A stretch of DNA of 64,000 bases from an uncultured Candidatus Saccharibacteria bacterium (GTDB lineage: Bacteria; Patescibacteriota; SICC01; CAYSOT01): the NCBI GenBank assembly GCA_964432765.1, contig CAYSOT010000001.1:66096-130095 (forward strand), read 5' to 3'. The position numbers and the translations under genes are program-made. Under the pieces are notes generated by a model. The model saw only the letters and a program-made list of their open reading frames with translations, did no database searches and was not told the DNA's origin. Positions 17,075 through 26,884 of the stretch are shown here, piece by piece. The stretch's first letter is position 1. Each line of letters opens with the position of its first letter.

Positions 17075-18208
17075 ATGAAAAGAATTGCTTTCGGCCTACT
17101 CGCCCTCTGTCTTATCGCTCTTCCTCAAGGAGCATGGGCTGTCTCGACACAAACTGGCGAGGATATCGTGATCCCAGCAGCGCAGCCTCTCCAGGACGAT
17201 CTCTACGCCGTAGGAACAAACATTACAATCGATGGCACACTGGAGGGGGATCTCGTCGTGTTTGGTTCCACCGTGACAATTAACGGGGTGGTCAACGGAA
17301 ACGTCTGGGCGATGGCAGAAACGGTTAACGTTAAAGGAACCGTGACCGGCTCAGTTCGAGCTGCGGCAGGTACGGTGGAAATTTCTGGAAATGTGAAGAG
17401 GGATGCGGTAGTTGCTGCAAGCACCTTTAGGCTCACAAAAACCGGTATTATTGGTCGCGACGTAAAGCTTGCGGCTGCAACTGCAAACTTCGATGGGGCC
17501 GTTGTTCGAAATGTTTCAGTGCAAGCGCAGCGACCAGAAATTAATGGGGCCATCGGCGGAACGGCTCGGGTATCATCGGCAGAGGGGACAAAACTTGGCT
17601 CGACAGCCAACATCGCTGGCAATCTTACGGTAATAAGTAGCAACAGTATCAATCGCGACCCAGGGGCTGTAGTCCAAGGCACATTCAGTGAGGAAAAGCC
17701 CCAAAAATCCTACTCGGGCCACCTTCTCAGTCAATGGTACTGGTTCTTGGCTTCGCTGATTTTGCTGTTAGGCATGCTCGCCTATGCTCGTCGCGCCGTC
17801 TTGCGAGGACGAGACATCTTACTTGAGCGACCGTTGCTTGCCCCGCTACTGGGTATCGGGTTTGTGCTGCTTGTCCCCCTAGTGGCGCTGTTGATGATTG
17901 CCATTCTGGTTGGAATTCCGGTGGCGCTTGTTACTCTCGGGCTCTACGTACTTGTTCTCTACACGGCAAAAATATTCGTATCTATCCTGATTGGTTCAGT
18001 CCTTTTGCGGCTGCCAAACGCTCACGATGCGGCGTTTTGGAAAGTAGCCCTGGCTGGCATTCTGGGGCTTGCGTTCTACTACTTGCTGACCGCGGTACCG
18101 TTTATCGGAACACCGCTTGTAGTCTTGATCATGCTCTGGGGCGTCGGGGCACAGCTCCTGCTCGCCAAGGAAGTTTATGCCTCACTCAGAGCAAAGTACG
18201 GCGCCTGA
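17075..18208 (+). CDS. Bactofilin-like (polymer-forming cytoskeletal) beta-helix repeat protein with C-terminal TMs
   Basis: Signal peptide, repeats ITIDGTLEGDL / VTINGVVNGNV / VNVKGTVTGSV, then multiple TMs. Confidence 0.8.
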   Translation: MKRIAFGLLALCLIALPQGAWAVSTQTGEDIVIPAAQPLQDDLYAVGTNITIDGTLEGDLVVFGSTVTINGVVNGNVWAMAETVNVKGTVTGSVRAAAGTVEISGNVKRDAVVAASTFRLTKTGIIGRDVKLAAATANFDGAVVRNVSVQAQRPEINGAIGGTARVSSAEGTKLGSTANIAGNLTVISSNSINRDPGAVVQGTFSEEKPQKSYSGHLLSQWYWFLASLILLLGMLAYARRAVLRGRDILLERPLLAPLLGIGFVLLVPLVALLMIAILVGIPVALVTLGLYVLVLYTAKIFVSILIGSVLLRLPNAHDAAFWKVALAGILGLAFYYLLTAVPFIGTPLVVLIMLWGVGAQLLLAKEVYASLRAKYGA

Positions 18209-19276
18209 TCAAAGCATATGACCGTAGAGGGTAATGATCCCAGTCTTGTGGCGGATCATTATGTAATGGCCAAATCCTGACCCATCAGTGCGATTGTCAC
18301 GAATCACGACGCCATCGGCAGCGGCACGTATAGGAGAACCACAAGGTTGAACAAAGTCGATACCATTGTGAATATTGCCACCATACGCTCCTCCACGTGC
18401 CCAATCTGTCATCCCAAACGGTTGACTGATACTTCCATCGGGCTGATGAAGAATCGTCCAGAAGTTCGCGGGATCGACCCAGCGCCCATTCTCTATGACC
18501 GAAAAGTGGAGGTGGCATCCAGTTGAGTTCCCCGTTGAACCTTCAAATCCGATGATGTCTCCCTGGCGCACAGAAGCTCCGTCTTTATAGGTGCCCCACA
18601 ACGCGCCTCCGCTGCCTGCAAGGATTGCATCCTGAGCAGACTTTTCCCGCGCAATTTTTTCGTTAAGATAGGCTGCCTCATTCGCGCGGTTGGCAATCAT
18701 ATCGGCAAGTTCGGTTTTTTGTTGCGCCGTACCTTCCGAAAGCGCAACTAGTTGACGCTGCAGTACCTCGAGTGTCGAACGTTTTAGATCAAGGTCTGAC
18801 TTTGTGGTTTGCATACTTTCTGCGCTCTCTTGTGCTGAGTCAGAGATGTCTCTTAGCCTAGATTCGATCTGCTGTGCATAGGCAACCCGTGTCAGCGTAT
18901 CGCTTACAGAACCCCCTTCAGCCAAGAGGCGATATGGGTCTACCGGAGTTGTTGTGTAGTCTTTTTGAATTGCCGATTTCAAAATATCGAGACGGTGTCG
19001 ATACTCTTTCGTTTTCTGCTCGAGAGCCGGAACCAACTTATCTGACTCCGCCGACATTTGCGCAATCTTTTGCTCTGTTTCAGCTCGTTTGGCATCGGCG
19101 GTAGCAATGGTCGCCTGAAGCGCTTCAATCCGAGTGCCAAGCGCCCCGATTTCCGTATTGATTCCGTCAAGCGCTTGCTGATCTTTGGCTACCTGTTGAC
19201 CGAGATAGTCCTCATTTGCACTCACGGCCAGCGGCAGGGTTAAGCAAAGTGCCAGCAGAATTATATTTAGTCGCAT
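18209..19276 (-). CDS. Exported coiled-coil M23 peptidoglycan endopeptidase with permuted catalytic domain
   Basis: Signal peptide, long coiled coil, GSTGNSTGCHLHF placed before HNGIDF...TLYGH. Confidence 0.85.
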   Translation of the reverse strand: MRLNIILLALCLTLPLAVSANEDYLGQQVAKDQQALDGINTEIGALGTRIEALQATIATADAKRAETEQKIAQMSAESDKLVPALEQKTKEYRHRLDILKSAIQKDYTTTPVDPYRLLAEGGSVSDTLTRVAYAQQIESRLRDISDSAQESAESMQTTKSDLDLKRSTLEVLQRQLVALSEGTAQQKTELADMIANRANEAAYLNEKIAREKSAQDAILAGSGGALWGTYKDGASVRQGDIIGFEGSTGNSTGCHLHFSVIENGRWVDPANFWTILHQPDGSISQPFGMTDWARGGAYGGNIHNGIDFVQPCGSPIRAAADGVVIRDNRTDGSGFGHYIMIRHKTGIITLYGHML

Positions 19277-19331
19277 TTGTGGTTTTGGTAATCTAAAAAT
19301 TAGCTTACCTTACCACATTTTGAGCCTCTTG

Positions 19332-20174
19332 TCAATGCCTGGAGAGAATCTCGTGGGCTATGCTGCGCGCATCCTTCAGGGCTGCTGCTAACATGTTCGG
19401 ACCATGGTGCGCTTCTCCGGAAATGTAGAGTCGTTCGTGGTTTGTCCGACCATTGCCTGTGTGTTTGAACCCGCTATCACCAAGGATTTCTTCGTCGCGT
19501 CGCTGTCCTACCGCAACGACAACGATATCTGCTGTGATAAATTGCCTTCCGCGTACAGATTCGAATTGTACGTTGAGCGATGAGTTACGTGCGATGGCTC
19601 TCGCATGAACGCCATGGATGAATTCCACACCTCGCTCTTTTGCGAGCGTCACTTCGCGATCTTGAGCGGGGGCTTCGCCAGATGGGTGTTTCATTGCCAC
19701 CGTCGCTTTTGAAGCTCCTGACCAGAGCGACGCCATTGCCACATCTACGGCCGTATCACCACTACCAATCACGAGTACATCCCCTTTTGGCATGAGGTGA
19801 CCGCTGCGCAGTTGATACATATATTCAAGAGCTTGATACACATTGCCAAGTGTTTCACCCGGGATTGAAAGTGCTCTCCCTCGCGGAGCTCCAATAGCCA
19901 AAACAACGGTGTTGTATCGTTCAAGGAGCTCATCGAGATGGATGTGTTGCCCAAGTGTCTGGTTGTAGTGGTACATAACACCCGATTCTTGCAAGCGCCT
20001 GGCGGTTCGGCGAGATATAGCCGCTGGCATTCGATATCCTGGATACCCGTATCGTAATAATCCTCCGGGCTCAGATTGTTTTTCATAAATATCGACATGC
20101 CAGCCCGCCTTCGCAACGGTACGTGCGATTTCTGTGCCGGCCGGACCTGCCCCGACGACGGCTAGCTTTTTCAT
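19332..20174 (-). CDS. FAD/NAD(P)H oxidoreductase, GltD/SudA/NfnB-like but lacking the Fe-S N-domain
   Basis: VVGAGPAG, YEKQSEPGGLLRYGYPGYRMP, VLVIGSGDTAVDVA; 280 aa starting directly at the FAD fold. Confidence 0.8.
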   Translation of the reverse strand: MKKLAVVGAGPAGTEIARTVAKAGWHVDIYEKQSEPGGLLRYGYPGYRMPAAISRRTARRLQESGVMYHYNQTLGQHIHLDELLERYNTVVLAIGAPRGRALSIPGETLGNVYQALEYMYQLRSGHLMPKGDVLVIGSGDTAVDVAMASLWSGASKATVAMKHPSGEAPAQDREVTLAKERGVEFIHGVHARAIARNSSLNVQFESVRGRQFITADIVVVAVGQRRDEEILGDSGFKHTGNGRTNHERLYISGEAHHGPNMLAAALKDARSIAHEILSRH

Positions 20175-21553
20175 TTTGGATTGCTGATGTAGGCTTTCGG
20201 TTTGCTCATCGCCTCAAGAGCGAAGCGTATGCCCTGAGCACCAAAGCCGGATTTCTTGTGGCCAATGAATAGAAATGAGTCTGGACCTCGTTGGTCTGGC
20301 CCATTGATATGAACGCCGCCCGCCTCGATTTGCTCGGCAATCGTTCGCGCTCTCGTGAAATCATTGCTAAATATACTTGCCTGGAGACCGTATTCGGAGT
20401 CATTCGCATATGCTACTGCCTGATCTTCTGAAGTAGTTGAAACCACCGGCAGAATTGGACCAAACTGCTCCTCAACAACAAGGCGAGTATTATGGGGGAT
20501 ATTATCTACGACGGTCGGTTCAAAAACTCTCCCGGTGCGCCCGCCGCCGTAGACTATCCGCCCGCCCGATCCGACTGCGTCATCCAGAAGTGTTTGTAGG
20601 TAATCTGCCTGTTGATCAGATATAACCGGACCGACGGAGTGTTGCCTTGGGTCGCCAGCCGAGGGAAATTGACGAGAGACTTCTTGTGTAAGCGCCGCAG
20701 TAAAACGCTCAGCAACTGATTCATCGACATAGACGCGCTTGACCGCTGTGCAGCGTTGCCCCGAATACTGAAAAGCGCCTTTTGCAATATGCTTTGCAGC
20801 GAGCTCGATATCCGCGTCCTTCAATACAAGAGCCGGATCATTACCTCCCAGTTCAAGCAGGAGCGAAACCATTCCAGTCTTCGCAGCAATTTTTTGACCG
20901 ACGCCGGTTGAACCAGTCATGGCCACCATCGCCAGTGATTCGTGCTCGAGCAGTGCATCACCAATTACGCCCCCGGATCCCGTTAGGCAAATAAGCACAT
21001 CCGCCGGTATGCCAGCCTCAATAAATAGTTCCGTCATGCGACTTCCAACAAGCGAACCAGCCGTTGGCGGCTTAAACAGAACTGTATTGCCTACCATTAG
21101 CGCTGGTGCAAGTTTTGAGACCGCCAAATTTACCGGATAGTTGAATGGGGCAATTGCCAAAACAACGCCGAGCGGAACTCGTACAATCTCCTGCACTCGT
21201 CCAGCGGGCGTGCCTGGCATACTCTCGGAGCCAATTTTTTCGGGCTTCATGGCCTCTGCTGTCTCGACTGTTACATCGATAAGGTCTGCTGTGCGCAGCA
21301 CTTCTGTCTTAGCCTCTGAGGGAGTCTTAGCAATTTCACGCACAATCAGTTCCGCGAGTTCATCGACGCTATCGCGCAGTGCGCTTGAGCAGGCGTGTAA
21401 CAACTTGGCCCGCTCTACCGGTGGCTTTTCGGCCCATTCGGGCTGGCTGGCAGCAAGACGGTCATAAGCCTGCGCAACATCGATGGGACGAGCAGCCGGA
21501 ACTGTGCCAACAATGGTGTTATCGATCGGGGATGTAATTTTGATCTTTTCCAT
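20171..21553 (-). CDS. gapN: Non-phosphorylating NADP-dependent glyceraldehyde-3-phosphate dehydrogenase (ALDH family)
   Basis: PFNYPVNLAVSKLAPAL, KPPTAGS, LELGG, FQYSGQRCTAVKRV, QRGPD.F.F.G.KKSG.G.QGI typical of GapN. Confidence 0.82.
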   Translation of the reverse strand: MEKIKITSPIDNTIVGTVPAARPIDVAQAYDRLAASQPEWAEKPPVERAKLLHACSSALRDSVDELAELIVREIAKTPSEAKTEVLRTADLIDVTVETAEAMKPEKIGSESMPGTPAGRVQEIVRVPLGVVLAIAPFNYPVNLAVSKLAPALMVGNTVLFKPPTAGSLVGSRMTELFIEAGIPADVLICLTGSGGVIGDALLEHESLAMVAMTGSTGVGQKIAAKTGMVSLLLELGGNDPALVLKDADIELAAKHIAKGAFQYSGQRCTAVKRVYVDESVAERFTAALTQEVSRQFPSAGDPRQHSVGPVISDQQADYLQTLLDDAVGSGGRIVYGGGRTGRVFEPTVVDNIPHNTRLVVEEQFGPILPVVSTTSEDQAVAYANDSEYGLQASIFSNDFTRARTIAEQIEAGGVHINGPDQRGPDSFLFIGHKKSGFGAQGIRFALEAMSKPKAYISNPK

Positions 21554-21578
21554 GCAATCTGTGCGTATTGTACCACCG

Positions 21579-23747
21579 CTACGCTCGTCGTCTCGGAAAG
21601 AGCATTGTTACTGTTGTTCCCACGTCCTGTTGTGAATCAATCATTAACCGGCCGCCCATACGCTCTATAAGCTCTTTGGTTATGAAGAGTCCCAGGCCAG
21701 TACCACCGGCTTTCACCGACAGTGATGTGTATTCGCGGAAGAACTTATCGTAAATACGCTTGAGATTTTCCTGATGAATTCCGATCCCATTATCTACGAC
21801 ACGTATCGCGATATTACGCCCTTCTCGCAACGTCTCTACCGTCACTTTACCCCCACTGGGCGTGTATTTGTTTGCATTATCAAGGACGTTCGAAATTATC
21901 TGGCGCAGCTTCAGCACATCAACTCGCATCCGGTCGGAATTTTCTAGAGAATCCTTATACGATAGACGGGTTTTACGGGCGGCAAATGCTGGTCGCATTT
22001 CGCGGATAACCTCTCGCACTAACTTGGCTGGCTTTATCTGCTCATAATGCAAAGTGGTACGACCCTCTTCTAGACGGGCAACGTTTAGAAGGTCTTCAAT
22101 CAACTTCGAAAGGCGTATCGCCGCTTCAAAAGCACGGTCAGTAAACTGGGGAAAACGATCTTCTGGTACACCGTTTTTCATCATTGCCAGATAGCCCATG
22201 AGTGCCGTTATGGGGGTACGCAATTCGTGTGAAGCGATGCTGACAAACTCTCGCTGTCGTTGTTGGAGTTCATACTGTTCTGTAATATCACGCGCCGTTC
22301 CAACAAGACGTGCATTACGCCGGGAGCTTCCAGCCAAACGTTCACCACGGATTTCCAAAATACGAACAGCTCCATCGTCATCCCGAACAATACGATGAAC
22401 ACCGTTCATGGGTTTACCGGATGTGCGTGCTTTTTTAACCATTTCCTCGAATTCTTCGCGGTCTTCGGGGTGCACCAATTTCAAATAATGCTGATAGGTT
22501 GGTCGTTTCAAAGAATGGAACCCGAGTATTCTAAACAGCTCCGGTGACCACTCCATGAAACGCTTCGATGGATCCCAGCGCCAACTGCCGATGTGCGCAA
22601 TTTCTTGGGCTGCCTCTAGGGTTGCGGTACTTTCGCGAATCCGCTGTTCCATAGTCTTGTAGAGCCCTTGCAACTCAGTTGCCATGTGGTTTACAGAAAT
22701 TGCCAAGCCCCCGAGTTCGTCGCTTGACTCAACCGTTACGCGACGGGAGAAATCCCCGCGGGCATAACGTTTTGTTGCTTCGGTAATCCGGTTGAGGGGA
22801 CGAACGATGAGACGCGTCAGCTCAAGCGTAAGGATGATCATTAAAACTGCCAGCACGATACCGAAAAAGAGAACGAGGTTTCTCAGATTACGGACAGCTT
22901 GAAGCGCTTCGGCGCGATCCTGTTTTACAACCAGTCCCCAACCCGGATCATCGAGATAGCGCGTCGCTACGAGTACTTGTTTGTTACGATAATCTACAAG
23001 ATCTCTAAATGTGCCTTCACTTGTGCTAAGCGCCTGGGTCGTAGGCTTGCGCGGATTCATTACAGTGAATTTCTTACTAAGCGGTGCACTGGAGTCATTA
23101 CGCAGCGGTGTTAGAACCACCATGGAACCATCGTCAACCTGATGTACTAGGTAGAACTCTCCTGTCGTGCCAAATCCTTGGGCATTATTCATTGCAGCAA
23201 TGAGAGAATCAGCGGGATAGGCAATCTGAATTGCACCAATAAATAATCCCCCTTCCACAACCGGTTTATTGATCAAGACAGCGAGACTTTGATCGGGCAG
23301 CCTTATAATGTCGGCTACTCGTTTACCCGATCTTAGGACTTCAGCGTCGCGTTTGCTAAGTGCTGATAGGGAGTCGCCCGGACCAAAGGTGGAAGTCCTA
23401 ACTGTCATGTCTGGACCAAGTACCGATACTCCCCTTATTTCGGGAAGCTGATTCTTTGCATTCGCGATGTCAGAATTCACAGTAGCGATTGGTGCAGTGC
23501 CTGTAAGGTACTGCTTTGTGCTCTCTTCAAGCGCAAAAGAGCTCAAGGCTACTGAGGCTTTCTCGTAATAAAGGTTTGTAACGTCATTGATACGACCCTC
23601 TTTTTCAGCAGCAAGAGACCTTAAGTTGTCCAGCGTTGTACGTTCAAGGGACGAACGCGCATTGCTATAGAGAACCAAACTTAATACCAGAAGCGGTATC
23701 AGCGACACAATTAAAAACAGCGCGATTAGTTTCTTCGTAATGCTCAT
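21579..23747 (-). CDS. Sensor histidine kinase (Cache-like, HAMP, PAS, HisKA, HATPase)
   Basis: Two TMs, HAMP (RPLNRIT...DELGGLA), AHIGSWRWD PAS, ASHELRTP, NVLDNANKYT, GTGLGL. Confidence 0.95.
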   Translation of the reverse strand: MSITKKLIALFLIVSLIPLLVLSLVLYSNARSSLERTTLDNLRSLAAEKEGRINDVTNLYYEKASVALSSFALEESTKQYLTGTAPIATVNSDIANAKNQLPEIRGVSVLGPDMTVRTSTFGPGDSLSALSKRDAEVLRSGKRVADIIRLPDQSLAVLINKPVVEGGLFIGAIQIAYPADSLIAAMNNAQGFGTTGEFYLVHQVDDGSMVVLTPLRNDSSAPLSKKFTVMNPRKPTTQALSTSEGTFRDLVDYRNKQVLVATRYLDDPGWGLVVKQDRAEALQAVRNLRNLVLFFGIVLAVLMIILTLELTRLIVRPLNRITEATKRYARGDFSRRVTVESSDELGGLAISVNHMATELQGLYKTMEQRIRESTATLEAAQEIAHIGSWRWDPSKRFMEWSPELFRILGFHSLKRPTYQHYLKLVHPEDREEFEEMVKKARTSGKPMNGVHRIVRDDDGAVRILEIRGERLAGSSRRNARLVGTARDITEQYELQQRQREFVSIASHELRTPITALMGYLAMMKNGVPEDRFPQFTDRAFEAAIRLSKLIEDLLNVARLEEGRTTLHYEQIKPAKLVREVIREMRPAFAARKTRLSYKDSLENSDRMRVDVLKLRQIISNVLDNANKYTPSGGKVTVETLREGRNIAIRVVDNGIGIHQENLKRIYDKFFREYTSLSVKAGGTGLGLFITKELIERMGGRLMIDSQQDVGTTVTMLFPRRRA

Positions 23748-23823
23748 CAGGAGTCTCGATGCTCATCTATACCGTGAGAGCGGACACAATGCAACGTGAT
23801 AGTTGCCAGTTCTCACTTGCTTG

Positions 23824-23897
23824 TCGGGGCGGCGGGATTTGAACCCACGACCTCATCGTCCCGAACGATGCGCGCTACCAGGCTGCGCCACGCCCCG
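23824..23897 (-). tRNA. tRNA-Pro(CGG)
   Basis: CGGGGCGTGGCGCAGCCTGGTAGCGCGCATCG-TTCGGGA-CGATGAGGTCGTGGGTTCAAATCCCGCCGCCCCGA. Confidence 0.95.
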
Positions 23898-23913
23898 ATC
23901 AGGTCAATTCTAG

Positions 23914-24555
23914 CTAGTTTTGGGCTGCCAGGCGAGCGGCGAACGTGGGCGCATACGATCCAACCAGTTGCCGTGGCTCAAATGGCGCATAGCCCTCTAG
24001 ATTCCAAATATCAGAAAAATAAGCTTCGAGCTCAGCTTTAGTCCGAACGAGTGGGTATAATTCTCCCCACCTAAGCTCTCGACGATATTGAGCATGCTCT
24101 GCTTTATCCATATGCGTTGCCTGGAAACGCACAACAACCATTGCAGCCCATTCGGCTACAAGTGGGATTTCGCTCCGTCGGAAAATAGCGATCTTCTCTT
24201 CTGGAAAGACGGGCGAATCCGGCCTGTTTTCATAGTCTTCTACCATACCGAACTGTCTAAAGAACTGGCTAAACGTTGCGTCAATTAAAAGCGGATCATC
24301 CGCATCGACTACAGCAATTACGTGGCTCGAATACTCATCTTGAACTGGGATACGATGCCTAATCATCGACTGTGCAGGAAATCCTTCAGCTTGTAGGAAC
24401 AGGGCGATACTTTCCGAACAAATTCCACAGCGGCTTTGCCGCAAACGGAGATCTGAGGGTAACACAGAATCGACTGAGTTAAATTCTCCCAATAACTCTT
24501 CGAGTGCTTCGGCTTTAGATTCAATTAATTCGACTGGTGGTATCTTTTCCGGCAT
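23914..24555 (-). CDS. Hypothetical protein with transglutaminase/papain-like Cys-His-Asp pattern
   Basis: CGICSESIALFL...SHVIAVV...LLIDATFSQF. Confidence 0.55.
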   Translation of the reverse strand: MPEKIPPVELIESKAEALEELLGEFNSVDSVLPSDLRLRQSRCGICSESIALFLQAEGFPAQSMIRHRIPVQDEYSSHVIAVVDADDPLLIDATFSQFFRQFGMVEDYENRPDSPVFPEEKIAIFRRSEIPLVAEWAAMVVVRFQATHMDKAEHAQYRRELRWGELYPLVRTKAELEAYFSDIWNLEGYAPFEPRQLVGSYAPTFAARLAAQN

Positions 24556-24599
24556 AGCGCCCTATATTAGCTATGATAGAGAGGAACGTAAACTACGCT

Positions 24600-26060
24600 A
24601 TGAAGATTTCTACCGGCACAAGTTTTCCTAAATCACTGCGGGCTCTTGTATTGGTGATACCTGAAAACGGTTCCACGCAGCTTGGCATCTTAAGTAAAGG
24701 CGCTGCGAAGATTGTTTCGTCAGAAATTTCGCGACGGAAACTTAAGGGCGCCCCCGGTGAGGCAGCGGTTATTCGAACTGGTCTAGTGGGTCCTGAAGGT
24801 CACGTTATCGTCATCGGAGGCGGAAAGGATGCTGACTCAGAAACGTGGCGATCCGTTACAGCGGCGGCTATTAAAACTGCCACCGAACACGCTTTGACAA
24901 GCGTGGGGATGGATCTTCCGAAGGCGTCTACTGCTGAATTCACGCGTGCTATTGCTGGCTCTGCCCATCTTGCTTCGTATCGCTATACGAAACACCACAG
25001 CAAGGCGACCCAAACCCGCGAAACGCTTCTCTATCTAAGAACCACCAGTGGCAAGCTTAATGACACAAAACAGGCAATCCAGGCCGGTGTCATCGAAGCA
25101 GAGGCTACCATTCTGGCGCGCGATTTGGTTAATGAACCACCATCGCTGCTTACTCCGCGCAACTTGGCTGCAGAGGCTAAACGGATCGGACGGGCAGGCG
25201 GACTAACTGCAACCGTACTTAGCAAGAAGCAGATGGAGCGCCTTGGTTTTCATGCGACACTCGCTGTTGCTAAAGGCTCGAACGAAGAGCCGTGTTTTAT
25301 CAAGCTAAGTTACTCACCTCGCAGCACACGTAAGCACGTCGTTCTAGTCGGAAAGGGAGTCACCTACGATGCCGGCGGAATTAATATCAAGCCAAGTCGT
25401 GGTGGCAGCCTCGAAGACATGAAAATGGACATGGCCGGAGCAGCCGCCGTGATGGCAACTTTGTCGGCCCTTCCTAAGCTGAAACTCCCGGTTAAAGTAA
25501 CGGCTTACGTCGCTGCGACAGAAAATCTGCTCGGCGGATCTGCATATAAGCCGGGCGACGTCGTGCGGGCATACAACGGCAAGAGTATTGAGATTACAAA
25601 TACCGACGCAGAGGGCAGGCTAACACTTGCCGATGCTCTCTCATACGCAATCGCTAAAGATAAGCCAGATACTATAATCGACTTGGCCACTCTCACCGGG
25701 GCGGCCATAGTTGCGCTTGGTGATAAGATTGCAGCACTTTTTTCAAATAATGATGAGCTTTCCCGCGCGCTCTGGAAGGCAAGCAAACAGAGCGGTGAAC
25801 GTATTTGGAAAATGCCACTCCCACACGATTACAACGAGATGATAAAAGGCCGAATCGCGGATCTTGATAACTCGGGCGCAAGCGGTGCCGGAACCATTAC
25901 GGCAGCCCTCTTTCTGCAAAATTTTGTTGGCAATACACCCTGGGCTCATCTCGACATCGCTGGCCCAGCTTTCTCGAGTAAGGAGTCTGGGTACTTGGCC
26001 CGCGGCGGAACTGGTTTTGGCGTACGTCTTTTGCTCGAGTATCTTGGGTCAATCAAGTAA
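24600..26060 (+). CDS. pepA: Leucyl aminopeptidase (M17)
   Basis: LVGKGVTYDAGG, MKMDMAGAA, NTDAEGRL, DLATLTGA, WAHLDIAG. Confidence 0.96.
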   Translation: MKISTGTSFPKSLRALVLVIPENGSTQLGILSKGAAKIVSSEISRRKLKGAPGEAAVIRTGLVGPEGHVIVIGGGKDADSETWRSVTAAAIKTATEHALTSVGMDLPKASTAEFTRAIAGSAHLASYRYTKHHSKATQTRETLLYLRTTSGKLNDTKQAIQAGVIEAEATILARDLVNEPPSLLTPRNLAAEAKRIGRAGGLTATVLSKKQMERLGFHATLAVAKGSNEEPCFIKLSYSPRSTRKHVVLVGKGVTYDAGGINIKPSRGGSLEDMKMDMAGAAAVMATLSALPKLKLPVKVTAYVAATENLLGGSAYKPGDVVRAYNGKSIEITNTDAEGRLTLADALSYAIAKDKPDTIIDLATLTGAAIVALGDKIAALFSNNDELSRALWKASKQSGERIWKMPLPHDYNEMIKGRIADLDNSGASGAGTITAALFLQNFVGNTPWAHLDIAGPAFSSKESGYLARGGTGFGVRLLLEYLGSIK

Positions 26061-26434
26061 TGCTGTCATCGCACTTCGCAAACGATGTTGAGCGCATCGT
26101 GAAGATGGTCCCGCGGGGCCGCCTGGTTACTTATGGTCAAATAGCAGCTTTACTTGGGATGCCGCGTGCCGCGCGGGCTGTTGGGTGGACCGCCCATTGG
26201 GGAGATCCGGATGTTCCCTGGCAGCGAGTAGTCAACCGGAATGGACGGGTTGCGCCGGGTTGGCCAGGAGGCATGCATGCGCACGCCGCCGCACTTGCCA
26301 AAGAGGGTATCAGTATTAACGAAGACTTCTGTGCGGAATTAGAAAAATACCAATGGATACCGTCGGAAAAGGTAATCCAGGAGCTTGGCCTCGAGCCGCT
26401 AGATAAGAAAAACTTTCCCTACGCTTCCGGGTAG
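26060..26434 (+). CDS. Alkyltransferase-like protein (ATL/YbaZ, MGMT family)
   Basis: TYGQIA...ARAVG...VPWQRVVN (Trp replaces the catalytic Cys). Confidence 0.88.
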   Translation: MLSSHFANDVERIVKMVPRGRLVTYGQIAALLGMPRAARAVGWTAHWGDPDVPWQRVVNRNGRVAPGWPGGMHAHAAALAKEGISINEDFCAELEKYQWIPSEKVIQELGLEPLDKKNFPYASG

Positions 26435-26649
26435 AGCTGCTTTCCGTTTTCATCGTAAACCGTAATGGCAGCAGTTGGACACGATTTTGCAGCATCGAGA
26501 ATCATTTCAAGATCTTCGAGGCTGGCACCTTCTTTCACATAAGCCTTCCCATCGTCACCAAGATCAAAAACGTCTGGGGCAATAGCAACGCAGCTTGCCG
26601 CACCGATACAGAGATCTTCGTTCACGACCACTTTAGAAATTCTCGTCAT
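26419..26649 (-). CDS. Ferredoxin, probably [3Fe-4S]
   Basis: CIGAASC...APDVF...AAKSCPTAAI (Ala at the second Cys position). Confidence 0.9.
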   Translation of the reverse strand: MTRISKVVVNEDLCIGAASCVAIAPDVFDLGDDGKAYVKEGASLEDLEMILDAAKSCPTAAITVYDENGKQLYPEA

Positions 26650-26879
26650 GCTATTGTCTCGTTTATACGCCCGAGCATCTCGTCTACTTCAACTTCTGTC
26701 ATTCCGTGGATCCTCGCGCCCATCTCGACCGTATCAAACTGATTAGCAAAACAGCCGACACAGTGAAGTCCATACTCGAGCATGACTGCTGCAGCCTGAG
26801 GATACGATTTTGCAATGTCGCCAAGATTGCTGTCACGCGTTACGGTAGTGGCTTTGGACATACCAGTAGAATACGCCAT
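26646..26879 (-). CDS. DUF1858-family protein (CxxC)
   Basis: YPQAAAVMLEYGLHCVGC...TVEMGARIHG. Confidence 0.85.
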   Translation of the reverse strand: MAYSTGMSKATTVTRDSNLGDIAKSYPQAAAVMLEYGLHCVGCFANQFDTVEMGARIHGMTEVEVDEMLGRINETIA

Positions 26880-26884
26880 GCAGC

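Noticed and set aside
16211-23747. Receiver and histidine kinase as a novel signalling pair
   Set aside because: They are 5 kb apart on opposite strands; lone receivers and orphan kinases are common and nothing in the sequence links them.
26060-26434. Inactive MGMT pseudogene (no catalytic Cys)
   Set aside because: PWxRV is the normal signature of alkyltransferase-like proteins.
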